Under the pieces are notes generated by a model. The model had not been told where the DNA came from. It was given only the letters and a program-made list of their open reading frames with translations, and searched no databases. Made by a program: the position numbers and the translations under genes. From the NCBI GenBank assembly GCA_964534305.1, contig CAZHPR010000004.1:1980-49026 (forward strand): a DNA stretch of 47,047 bases. The letters are read 5' to 3'. Of the stretch, positions 24,734 to 33,429 are shown one piece after another. The stretch comes from an uncultured Candidatus Saccharibacteria bacterium. GTDB lineage: Bacteria; Patescibacteriota; Minisyncoccia; Phycocordibacterales; WO2-35-19. The first letter of the stretch is position 1, and each line of letters starts with the position of its first letter.

Positions 24734-25449
24734 TTTCTTTTTTGAAGACAGTTATATACGAACCTTTATACAACATTTTGGTTCTTATATTGGGTATACC
24801 TTATGTAGATGCTGGTATTGCAGTTATTATACTTACATTGTTTGTAAAGATAGTTCTCTATCCCCTATCCAAAAAAGCAACACAGACTCAAATAGTAATG
24901 AAAGAAAAAGAGTCGGAACTAAAAGAAATAAGAGAAAAATATAAAGACAAACAAGAACAAGCTATAAAAACAATGGAGTTTTATAGGCAAAATAACATAA
25001 ATCCATTTTCTAGTATTCTGACAATACTTATTCAAATACCCATAATTTATGCCCTTTATCACATCTTTCTAAAGTCTGGGTTGCCACTTATACAGACTGA
25101 TATTGTCTATTCTTTTGTAAAAATACCAAGCTCTGTTTCGATGAAGTTTTTGGGATTCTTTGATATCTCAACAAAAAGTATCTTGCTCGCTATTCTCGCT
25201 GCGGTAACGACTTTTATCCAACTTCATCTGTCGTCAAAATCAACAATAAAAGTAAGTTCTGATCCAAAGGATCTCTCTTCTATGATGATGAATCAGATGA
25301 AGTACACCTTCCCTATTGTGGTGTTCTTTATCTCTTGGAGTATTTCTGGTGTTGTTGCTCTATATTGGTTTGTAAGTAACGTACTCGGTATCTTACAAGA
25401 CAGGATAATAAGAAAACAGATAAACTCGCAGACTATTTTTAAAAAATAA
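24730..25449 (+). CDS. yidC: YidC/Oxa1-family membrane protein insertase (short form)
   Basis: Multi-pass membrane protein. The pattern YEPLYNIL...AVIILTLFVKIVLYPLSKK and its position after rnpA support the call. Confidence 0.85.
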   Translation: MISFLKTVIYEPLYNILVLILGIPYVDAGIAVIILTLFVKIVLYPLSKKATQTQIVMKEKESELKEIREKYKDKQEQAIKTMEFYRQNNINPFSSILTILIQIPIIYALYHIFLKSGLPLIQTDIVYSFVKIPSSVSMKFLGFFDISTKSILLAILAAVTTFIQLHLSSKSTIKVSSDPKDLSSMMMNQMKYTFPIVVFFISWSISGVVALYWFVSNVLGILQDRIIRKQINSQTIFKK

Positions 25450-25935
25450 CCCCCTAAATCCCCCTTAAATTAAGGGGGAGTTTAAGGAGAATTAAATAAT
25501 CCAATATCATTTATTTCTTTAGAAATCCTATCTATTATCTGATCAGTTTTATCTATAGTTTCTTTATTAATAAATCGAATAACTCTAACCCCTACTGATT
25601 TCAGGTATAAACTCCTTTCTTGATCATAAGAATACACATCTTTTCTTTTGTGATACTCACCATCTAATTCAATGGCTAATCTAACGAAAGGACAATAAAA
25701 ATCTAAAACATAAGGTCCTATGCTATATTGACGATAAAATTTAAAACCATTGAGTTTTCTTCCACGAAGCAAATTCCACAAAATTTCTTCAAATCTTGTC
25801 TGGTTTCTTCTCAATTCTCTCCTGCGGTTCTTTAAAGATTTAATATTGAAGCGAAATTTTTCTTTCATCTAAATTAAATAGATAAGTGAAGCTTTTCTGT
25901 GAACCCCTCTTAATTTAAGAGGGGTTTGGGGAGTT
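25448..25935. mobile_element. Second DUF559 gene cassette bounded by inverted GC-rich hairpin repeats
   Basis: The reverse complement of the left end (25448-25480) is CTCCCCCTTAATTTAAGGGGGATTTAGGGGGTT. The right end (25904-25935) is CCCCTCTTAATTTAAGAGGGGTTTGGGGAGTT. The tails point outward, as in the first cassette. Confidence 0.6.
25482..25868 (-). CDS. DUF559 (Vsr-like) endonuclease-domain protein
   Basis: RRNQTRFEEILWNLLRGRKLNGFKFYRQYSIGPYVLDFYCPFVRLAIELDGEYH is the same family pattern as 15768-16118. Confidence 0.8.
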   Translation of the reverse strand: MKEKFRFNIKSLKNRRRELRRNQTRFEEILWNLLRGRKLNGFKFYRQYSIGPYVLDFYCPFVRLAIELDGEYHKRKDVYSYDQERSLYLKSVGVRVIRFINKETIDKTDQIIDRISKEINDIGLFNSP

Positions 25936-25942
25936 ATATATA

Positions 25943-27157
25943 CTATTCCACCCTAAGCATCCATAGGTGCTCGTCTATTTTGTTTGTGAATATAAGGTGA
26001 GAGCCGTCGTTTGAGATGTCTATAAAAGATATATCTATATCTTCACCAGATGATTCACTTAGAGATACTATATTTGAATAGAATAGGTTTTCGGTGTCTA
26101 TTCTTCTTATGTTGTCCTTTGTAGAGATCAATCCTTTATACCAAGCGTCCATATATCCAGAAGTGTTGCCTTCTGGGATTGCACAGTACAAATAAACATT
26201 AAACCAGACACATTTTTCAGAAAGTGTGTTTGTATTGAGGCTTGTGCTGTTTAGGTTTTTATCAACTACAGATATATTAAATCCTCCGTTGGAAACAAGG
26301 GTTATATCACCTTTTGGATTAAATGATAAACCAAATCCACTTACAGAAGTTTTTGTTAGTTTGCCTGACACTGTGTCAAATTTGTAGGCAAAGGTCTCTG
26401 CATTCAATGCTGGCTTTGTTTGTATAAAAATGTTTGTGTTGTTAAGCCAGGTGGGAGTTATCTCTAAAATAGGGCTTGTATATATATTTTTTTTGCTAGT
26501 ACCATCGGGATTTGCTACAAACCAGAAAGAAGAAGCGCCTTTGAGATAGTAAAATATTTTTTTACCGTCTGGGCTGATCGACAAACCCTCCATATCTGTA
26601 GGTAGGCTTGAGATTGTTGTTGTATATAATGGCGCGTTTTCGTTTGAAATAGAACTTTTTGAAAGTTTTACAAAACTAGTTTCTATAAAATCGTTGGCCA
26701 CGTCGATTGTTTGTGCTAGGAAACCACTCCCATCCGGCAACCAACTTGCAGAAACAACCTTTGGAATAGTTGTGTTTGTTATCCTTTCTACTCTATTTCT
26801 GTCAGATCTAGCTTCGTAGACATTGCCGGTTCCTTTCTCTACAAATCTTACAAAGGTTGTAGTGCCGACGTTGTATATTACTGCTCCAGCTACTCTATCA
26901 TTCGATATTTTGCGTAGTCTCTTTATTGGGCTATTTTCTTCTGTTGCGACCACCTCTTCTTCTGTATTTGTTTCTGTGTTTCTTGTCTGTTCCCCACTAC
27001 TCCCACTATCGCTGTTGCCAAATGGGAAGTAGTCTCTTATAGAAAAACCAACTCTACTATCCCCTTCTCCATTACCCCCTCGACTAGAGAGCACAAGAAA
27101 GGCAGCAACTCCTATTATCAATATTATTCCTATTATCAATAAAAACTTTTTAGACAT
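25943..27157 (-). CDS. Membrane-anchored PD40/TolB-like beta-propeller repeat protein (last gene of the T4SS-like operon)
   Basis: N-terminal TM anchor. Repeated (S)PDG/NDG motifs (LPDGSGF, SPDGKKIFYY, SNDGSHLIF) are typical of PD40 repeats. Its start lies 1 nt from the upstream gene. Confidence 0.55.
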   Translation of the reverse strand: MSKKFLLIIGIILIIGVAAFLVLSSRGGNGEGDSRVGFSIRDYFPFGNSDSGSSGEQTRNTETNTEEEVVATEENSPIKRLRKISNDRVAGAVIYNVGTTTFVRFVEKGTGNVYEARSDRNRVERITNTTIPKVVSASWLPDGSGFLAQTIDVANDFIETSFVKLSKSSISNENAPLYTTTISSLPTDMEGLSISPDGKKIFYYLKGASSFWFVANPDGTSKKNIYTSPILEITPTWLNNTNIFIQTKPALNAETFAYKFDTVSGKLTKTSVSGFGLSFNPKGDITLVSNGGFNISVVDKNLNSTSLNTNTLSEKCVWFNVYLYCAIPEGNTSGYMDAWYKGLISTKDNIRRIDTENLFYSNIVSLSESSGEDIDISFIDISNDGSHLIFTNKIDEHLWMLRVE

Positions 27158-27158
27158 A

Positions 27159-28067
27159 TTATTTGAAAGTTACGTGCCAGTGTGGAGGACTTGATTCTCT
27201 TAGAAATGTTGCAGTTTGTCCTTCGCCTATTTGAACTGTATATTCTGGGCCCAAAGTTGTTTGTCTAACAGAAATTTGGTTATTAATTATGTAATTATTC
27301 AAGTTTGTATCATTGCTCCTGATATCTACCATTGGCTTACCTTCACCGTGTGTTTTGTGGCCAGCTTCAGTAGCTCCCGTTATTGTTATATTACAAGTTG
27401 GACAATCTAGAGCCAAATTTTTTAGCCCGCTCTGGGCGCTATTGGGTAGTCCGTTTAGGTTTACACAATTTGTTGTTTGTGTACCTTGGCACGGATCAGC
27501 ATAAACTTTAATATTTGGAGAACTTTGCAAAAAAGACCTTATTTGTGCGTCTTCTGTGAGTTGTTGCCCGGATATTGGTGTTCCTGCACCATAACTACCA
27601 GAACTTATTGTTCCCGAGTGTCCAAAAGGGGCGTTTACTTGCGGTAGGCTTAGATCTAAGTTTATGTTAAGTAACTTTGGGTTTATTGTAAAAAGTATCA
27701 ACCAAGCAGCTATCACAAGCACCAAGCCCTGGATTGAGTGCATAAGGCGGGCTCGACCTTCTGATTTTTTCTGTACAGCATCAGTAGAGAGATATTGAAA
27801 ACCACCCCAAACAAGGTTGAGTACCGCAAATGCGGCAGAAAATCCAATAGCGAGGTTAAATATCCCCGGTATGTATTTTTCTAAATTTGTCTCTGTCACC
27901 GGGCTGCTACAAGTACCCTCTCCCCCAACACAGGGTATGGGGGTAAGTAGTGTGTAGTTTTCGGGAACTTCGGGAGCTTGGGCGTTTGCTAAGCCAGGAA
28001 AGACAAAAGCAACAGAAAGTATAAAAATAATGAGTATGGGTATTAATTTTTGAAATCCTTTTTTCAT
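27159..28067 (-). CDS. T4SS pilin-like (VirB2/TrbC-type) protein fused to a C-terminal putative LAS/M15-like zinc peptidase domain
   Basis: Signal peptide (..PGLANA), then a two-helix hairpin IFNLAIGFSAAFAVLNLVWGGFQYLSTDAVQKKSEGRARLMHSIQGLVLVIAAWLILF typical of T4SS pilins. The C-terminus has TGATEAGHKTHGEGKPMVDIR and PPHWHV, which resemble the H..D / H zinc ligand motifs of DD-peptidase-fold enzymes. Confidence 0.5.
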   Translation of the reverse strand: MKKGFQKLIPILIIFILSVAFVFPGLANAQAPEVPENYTLLTPIPCVGGEGTCSSPVTETNLEKYIPGIFNLAIGFSAAFAVLNLVWGGFQYLSTDAVQKKSEGRARLMHSIQGLVLVIAAWLILFTINPKLLNINLDLSLPQVNAPFGHSGTISSGSYGAGTPISGQQLTEDAQIRSFLQSSPNIKVYADPCQGTQTTNCVNLNGLPNSAQSGLKNLALDCPTCNITITGATEAGHKTHGEGKPMVDIRSNDTNLNNYIINNQISVRQTTLGPEYTVQIGEGQTATFLRESSPPHWHVTFK

Positions 28068-28068
28068 A

Positions 28069-29067
28069 CTATTCTTTGAAATTTATATTAAACGAACCCC
28101 TTGGTTGTTGTAGTATCTTTGAGAGGTTCTCAACTGAGAAGTCAATTCTCGATGAGCCACTTACACCTTCAGGTTTTCTAAATATTACAGTCCTTGAGTT
28201 TGCTAGATCACCAGAGCGAGCACCATTTAATCTCCAGCTCAGCGTAGCAGTATTATTTAGAGATGTATAAAACGGAGCGGCCATAATTTCTACTTCCTCT
28301 CCAGATAAGTCTAGGTTGCGAGGGATTGCTCTGTTAAGTATTGGGCCATAAAAAGGACTAATTTCGTAGAAGAGTACCTCTGGTTCTGTTGTTGGTATCT
28401 CTATTATTCCAAAAGCAGCACCACTTTCGGTAGGGCTTGTGACCAACACTTCTACCCGATCTGTTCTACCCAAAAGAGACCCTTCTATCCTCAAAACGTT
28501 TTTACCGTATCCTGATTGTGAATCAAAAGCGTTGGTACCATCTGACCATTTATAAATAAGTTTTTCTTTTGGTATCAAGTCGCCTTTACTGTCCGTAAAA
28601 TCTGGCATTGCAACTATGGTCAAATTGCCTTGTTTTGGATGCAGTGCCTTACCTTTGAAAAATGGTGGTACATAAGAATCCGATTGCCAGATGAGATCTA
28701 CTCCCACCGGCTTTATTTTCATGCTCTTATAAAATGTTTTGCCGTTCGCTAGCTTTACTCTCACCTCTATATTTGTCTCTGTGCCAGAAGGTCCTGAGTT
28801 GAAGCTATAAGTCTTGCGGCCATTTTCTTTTACAAAAATTTTGTTGTCTTGGTTCCAGGTTATCTCGGCTTTGTCCAAGTCTTCGCTGTACATCTCTAGT
28901 TGGATAAAGACGGTACTGTTTGGTTTTGGATATGTCGGTATCACTTCTACATTTAGCTCACTTTGAAGGGCGCCGTCCAGGTTTATGTTGAGTTGAGCAG
29001 AAGTTGCGAGAGGAACCAATAACAGTATTAATAAAATTATGTTTTTATTAAAAAAAGATTTGATCAT
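28069..29067 (-). CDS. Secreted beta-rich protein (T4SS-like operon)
   Basis: Signal peptide (LLVPLATSAQ). The composition suggests a beta-sandwich. No known motif. Confidence 0.5.
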   Translation of the reverse strand: MIKSFFNKNIILLILLLVPLATSAQLNINLDGALQSELNVEVIPTYPKPNSTVFIQLEMYSEDLDKAEITWNQDNKIFVKENGRKTYSFNSGPSGTETNIEVRVKLANGKTFYKSMKIKPVGVDLIWQSDSYVPPFFKGKALHPKQGNLTIVAMPDFTDSKGDLIPKEKLIYKWSDGTNAFDSQSGYGKNVLRIEGSLLGRTDRVEVLVTSPTESGAAFGIIEIPTTEPEVLFYEISPFYGPILNRAIPRNLDLSGEEVEIMAAPFYTSLNNTATLSWRLNGARSGDLANSRTVIFRKPEGVSGSSRIDFSVENLSKILQQPRGSFNINFKE

Positions 29068-29144
29068 TTATAATAATATTATATCAGATATTCACTACGT
29101 GATTGTATATAAGTGTTTGTGGAAATAACGGTTTTAATAAGGAA

Positions 29145-29840
29145 CTACCCATTTGTTTCTTTAGAATTTTGAACACCTTTTATTTTTCTCCTGCTTCCGT
29201 TTATAGCTTTTAGTCCTGCGGAGGCAGCAATCATTGGTAAATTACCAACAATAAACAATGGATTTGATGTAAATACCCCCAAACCTTCTAATAATCCACC
29301 CGAAATACTAGGTTCTTCTCCTTTGTCCTCCATTCTTGTCATTCCTACTATTAGTATCATACCTATGGTCCATGCGAATGAAAGGATTATGGTTGCATCT
29401 TGCCCGGGTATTATTTCAAGTACTCCTTGTATAAAAGCAGTACCAAATTTTTTTGTATTGGATGAGTATGTTACTCCTAGGCTTAAAAACCATATCCAAA
29501 ATACTGTACTTGCACATATAGTTATAAGCGCATTAACTCCCAGAAGACCTATACCAAGCCATTCTAAAATTATTTCTACTATATCTAAAAAAATAGCAGC
29601 TGTAATGAGGAGCCAAGCCATCCAGATTTTTATTCTTTGCTGTTTCTGTACTTGGTTTTGTGTTGCGAGCCCACTACCCTCTTCTGGTAGATAAGAAACA
29701 TTATCCGCGTAGTATTCTGGTGTATCTTCCTCCTCTTCTTGTGTGTCTGCTTCAGCAACTTTTCTCCTACGGGTCATATCTATAAGATAATTCTGTCGCT
29801 GTTTCTGTTCGTATTCATTTTTGGGGATATTATCCGCCAT
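29145..29840 (-). CDS. Polytopic membrane protein with an acidic N-terminal tail (T4SS-like operon)
   Basis: About four hydrophobic helices follow a charged 70-aa N-terminus. Its start codon (29838-29840) lies 2 nt downstream of the VirB4 stop codon (29843-29845). Confidence 0.5.
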   Translation of the reverse strand: MADNIPKNEYEQKQRQNYLIDMTRRRKVAEADTQEEEEDTPEYYADNVSYLPEEGSGLATQNQVQKQQRIKIWMAWLLITAAIFLDIVEIILEWLGIGLLGVNALITICASTVFWIWFLSLGVTYSSNTKKFGTAFIQGVLEIIPGQDATIILSFAWTIGMILIVGMTRMEDKGEEPSISGGLLEGLGVFTSNPLFIVGNLPMIAASAGLKAINGSRRKIKGVQNSKETNG

Positions 29841-29842
29841 CT

Positions 29843-31654
29843 CTATTGATTAGCCTCTTTTTCTAATTGTTTTGCTTTTTTTATTGCAAGTACTTGAGAA
29901 GGGTCAGAAGTTATAATCTGGTCTTCGGTATAAGAAGATATTATTTTAATTGCGACGTGTTTGAGTCCAGCAAAGAAGATCCCCTCCCCCACTCCAGACT
30001 CGAGGAGCAGGTACTTTTCTTCATCGGTGAGATTGAAGGCTTCTTTGAGCTTGTCTATCGTTGTTGGAGATTGCTTTAGAAGTACTTGAATAGAAGAGTT
30101 TGTGATGATAGGTAGTCCATAAGGAGAGTTGAGGAAGTCGCCCACGTCTTGAGTGATTGTCGCAAGGCCTAGGAAATATTTCCTGCCTCTTTTTGCAAGA
30201 GAGAGCAAGAAGGATGCGGTGTCTTCTGATTTCATCATCCACCAAGCTTCGTCCACTACCAGTAGCCTCTTTTTTATATTCTTGCGTATTGCGTTCCATA
30301 TATAATGAGTGACGATATACATCGCGATAGGCTTGAGCTCGTCTTCCATGTCTCTAATTGAGAAGACCACAAATTTCTTGTTTATATCGATGTTTGAAGG
30401 TCTGTTTATGAAGTTTGACCAGGTGCCCTTTGTGTATTTTGAAAGTCTCTGAGCGAGCGACTCTCCTCCTTCCATACCACCAAGCACCAACTCAAAGTCT
30501 GAAAGAAGCGGTGGTTCTATATTTTTGAAGTCAGAATCAGCGGTTATATCTTTGAGTGCATAAGTTTCTGTGATTGCTCGATCTATGATCGCATCCTCCT
30601 CTGGAGTAAGACCACCCATCATTATACGGAAGAGGCCAACGAGGCTTATAATCTGGCTTCTAAGGACGTTTGAACTAGACTCATCTTCGCTAGGGACTGG
30701 TAGTTCAAATGGGTTTATATGATGATCGGAGTTTAGAGATATATTGAAATACCTACCACCCACCGCCTCTGCCATATATTGATATTCGTTTTCTGGATCG
30801 ATAACCAAAACCTCGGTGTCGAACATAAGAGTCCTGAGTATTTCAAGTTTGGTTGCATAAGATTTACCAGCACCAGAACGAGCAAGAGTTACAGAGTTGT
30901 AGTTTTCCAAAGAAAATCTATCAAAGAGGATGAGAGAAGAGTTGTGTCTATTGATACCATAGAGTATCCCCTTGTCCGACGTGAGGTCAAACGATACAAA
31001 AGGAAAGATGCTTGAAAGAGGAGGAGAATTTATCTTTGAATGAACTTCGAGCTCGTCTTTTGATATTGGCAAAATACTTCTAAAACCTTGCTCCTGTTGG
31101 AAAAGAGCCGGCTTTACATAGACTAGCTTCGCTTCCATTATAGACTTTATTTCTGACTCTATTTTGTCTAGCTCCTCGCTTGTGTTGCCATAAATAGAGA
31201 TATAAAGTCCAACCTCAAACATTTTTTCTTGGGCTTGTTGTAGCTGGTCTCTTAGGTTTTCGAGATCTTGATAGGCTGTATCTAGTACTGGATCACGCAC
31301 CAAACCCTTCTCTTCCCTTATCCTTATTTGGCTCTGCACCTCAGCAACCTTTTTTTGGAATGTTCTGAGAACCTTTGCGGTTTCTAGTGGGTGAACAAAT
31401 ATAGAAATATCAAACATTTTGTCCATATTTATGATTGGAGCAAACCAACTTTCTGTAAGGAATCTAGGATAAGAGATCACAAAGAAACTTCTAACCATCT
31501 TTTCCCCCAAGTTTAGCTCCTTTGCATTTATCTTGAGGGCGCTAGGCGCTAAGATATCCTTGAGCTCTAGCTCGGGCGCGTCTGCTACTCCGCTCGGAAG
31601 GATGGATGTGATGGAAACCTTTTTTTCTTCTTTTTTCTTAAAAAAATCAAACAT
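29843..31654 (-). CDS. virB4: VirB4/TrsE/PrgJ-family type IV secretion ATPase
   Basis: Walker A ARSGAGKSYATKLE, Walker B RLLVVDEAWWMM, and the N-terminal VirB4 domain pattern (..GEKMVRSFFVISYPRFL..). Length is 603 aa. Confidence 0.85.
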   Translation of the reverse strand: MFDFFKKKEEKKVSITSILPSGVADAPELELKDILAPSALKINAKELNLGEKMVRSFFVISYPRFLTESWFAPIINMDKMFDISIFVHPLETAKVLRTFQKKVAEVQSQIRIREEKGLVRDPVLDTAYQDLENLRDQLQQAQEKMFEVGLYISIYGNTSEELDKIESEIKSIMEAKLVYVKPALFQQEQGFRSILPISKDELEVHSKINSPPLSSIFPFVSFDLTSDKGILYGINRHNSSLILFDRFSLENYNSVTLARSGAGKSYATKLEILRTLMFDTEVLVIDPENEYQYMAEAVGGRYFNISLNSDHHINPFELPVPSEDESSSNVLRSQIISLVGLFRIMMGGLTPEEDAIIDRAITETYALKDITADSDFKNIEPPLLSDFELVLGGMEGGESLAQRLSKYTKGTWSNFINRPSNIDINKKFVVFSIRDMEDELKPIAMYIVTHYIWNAIRKNIKKRLLVVDEAWWMMKSEDTASFLLSLAKRGRKYFLGLATITQDVGDFLNSPYGLPIITNSSIQVLLKQSPTTIDKLKEAFNLTDEEKYLLLESGVGEGIFFAGLKHVAIKIISSYTEDQIITSDPSQVLAIKKAKQLEKEANQ

Positions 31655-31707
31655 TTTTTGTTTTTACCATAATTCTTGATTCATACTTCATGATTCTAAA
31701 ATTAGCG

Positions 31708-32328
31708 TTAGCTAATTTTTATGGGCTTTTCTGATTCACCTGGATTAAACACTTTATAAAACATCTCTACAACTTCTTCTGTACCCAACTTTGCAACTCT
31801 TATACCGCATCTTGTAAGGCCTTGTTCTACAACCCCTATCCTCTGCTCTAGCTGGTTTCTACTTTCCTCAAAATCTTCTTGTTTTTGTGAGCTACTTCTC
31901 TCTCCCCCAAGACCAAAAGGCAAAACATTTTTTGTTGATATTATTGCATTCTCGTACGGTATGATGATAAAGAAGTTTTTGGTCATTATGCTCGTTGATT
32001 CTGTAAATGTTTTTACGAAATCTATGTATTGTTCTATCTGGATCTTCATCAAATCATTAGTCTGCTCCTTGTATCGCTCCTCAAGCAATGCTACATAAGG
32101 TCTGATATCAAGCCTTCTTGATTGAACTAATATTTGGACAGAGAAATCAAGAGAGTTTAAAAAGTCCTGAAATTGGTAAAGGATAGCCTGTCTCTCATCA
32201 TCTGATTTTAGAGAAAAGTTTATAGATGAGGCCATGAGTACTGCTCGCATACCCCCCTCTTTGAGAACTATTATGCCGTCTCTCACATCTTCTATTGGTA
32301 CAAATTCTTGAGTTGCATTCTTTGTCAT
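31708..32328 (-). CDS. Hypothetical protein resembling a stand-alone VirB4 N-terminal domain
   Basis: EFVPIEDVRDGIIVLKEGGMRAVLMASSINFSLKSDDERQAILYQFQDFLNSLDFSVQILVQS resembles the N-terminal region of Gram-positive VirB4-like ATPases. No P-loop. Confidence 0.4.
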   Translation of the reverse strand: MTKNATQEFVPIEDVRDGIIVLKEGGMRAVLMASSINFSLKSDDERQAILYQFQDFLNSLDFSVQILVQSRRLDIRPYVALLEERYKEQTNDLMKIQIEQYIDFVKTFTESTSIMTKNFFIIIPYENAIISTKNVLPFGLGGERSSSQKQEDFEESRNQLEQRIGVVEQGLTRCGIRVAKLGTEEVVEMFYKVFNPGESEKPIKIS

Positions 32329-32378
32329 AAGGTTTATTTTACCCTGTCTTTTGATTCCTAGCTACTAAATACTGAGTA

Positions 32379-32795
32379 CTAGCTACCTATGTTTTCTTTT
32401 TCTCCCTTCTTTACATCCAATTGCCAGTTTAGATCCTTGAGCTTGCTACTTGAAAGGTTTGGTACCACAAGAGAAGTGTATTTTGTTTCCTTTATACTTG
32501 GATCTTTTTGTTCGATAGGGTTCTTTTTCCATATATATAGCTTTTCTCCCATCAAATATTTGAAAGCGGACTCAACTGCATTTATAAACGGCCTATTGTT
32601 TACTCTATAAAAAGCGAGCGCCAGTGAAAGTATGATTATTGGAGAAGCAACAACAAGCCCAAAGAAAAGCCCAAGAAAGGTTACCGATACTACAGCTACA
32701 CTTGCTCCTCCAGCAAGGTAAATAAACTGTTTTAATGTAAAAGGGCCAAATATCTTGTCTTCTACATCTATAAATTGTGGGACTTGAAATCTCAT
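32379..32795 (-). CDS. PrgI-family (VirB3-like) small membrane protein
   Basis: MRFQVPQFIDVEDKIFGPFTLKQFIYLAGGASVAV followed by two TM helices. This is the PrgI family pattern as I recall it. Confidence 0.65.
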   Translation of the reverse strand: MRFQVPQFIDVEDKIFGPFTLKQFIYLAGGASVAVVSVTFLGLFFGLVVASPIIILSLALAFYRVNNRPFINAVESAFKYLMGEKLYIWKKNPIEQKDPSIKETKYTSLVVPNLSSSKLKDLNWQLDVKKGEKENIGS

Positions 32796-32880
32796 ATTAG
32801 CTTAGAGCTCAGAGCTTAAAGCTAAGAGCCATACAAATTATATCTTTTATTCCTCTAAGCTCAAAGCTTTTAGCTAAAAG

Positions 32881-33417
32881 CTACTCTGCGGGTTCTCTAT
32901 AAGGATCCGATCCGCTGTACCCTATTGAATTATGTATTACCCCTCGGTTATTATTTTCCTCTGTTGGCAAATTGTGTGGAACCTGGCTACTAGATGCTTG
33001 CTGCTCGGTACTGATTCCAATCGGTCTCATCGCCTTTGCTTGATTCACAAGTATTTGTTCGTAGGAGTTTGGAGCAAACTTCTCTGTCTCCTTTGTTTCG
33101 ACTGTGTTTTCTTCAGGAAATAATTCGCTATACGGTTCCAAAATATCCTTCTCTATACTTTCTGTAATCCATTCTGCGATATTTCTGTCTATCCCTAATT
33201 CTCTTATGATGTTCTCTGTTAGGTCTTCATAAGGTGTTAATCCGATTAGTACATTGAAAACATGATATTCTAGTGAGATAATTTTATCTTCTTCTAATTT
33301 AAATTGAGAAACACTTTCTTTTAAAGTTTTCACCCACAATATGTCCAAGACAAATTTCCTCGCCTCTCCCGGTAGATTATCCAGCTGATCCTTTATTATT
33401 TTTTGAGAGTCATCCAT
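32881..33417 (-). CDS. Hypothetical soluble protein (T4SS-like operon)
   Basis: 178-aa ORF with no TM segment or signal peptide and no known motif. Confidence 0.45.
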   Translation of the reverse strand: MDDSQKIIKDQLDNLPGEARKFVLDILWVKTLKESVSQFKLEEDKIISLEYHVFNVLIGLTPYEDLTENIIRELGIDRNIAEWITESIEKDILEPYSELFPEENTVETKETEKFAPNSYEQILVNQAKAMRPIGISTEQQASSSQVPHNLPTEENNNRGVIHNSIGYSGSDPYREPAE

Positions 33418-33429
33418 AATTATTTTTTA

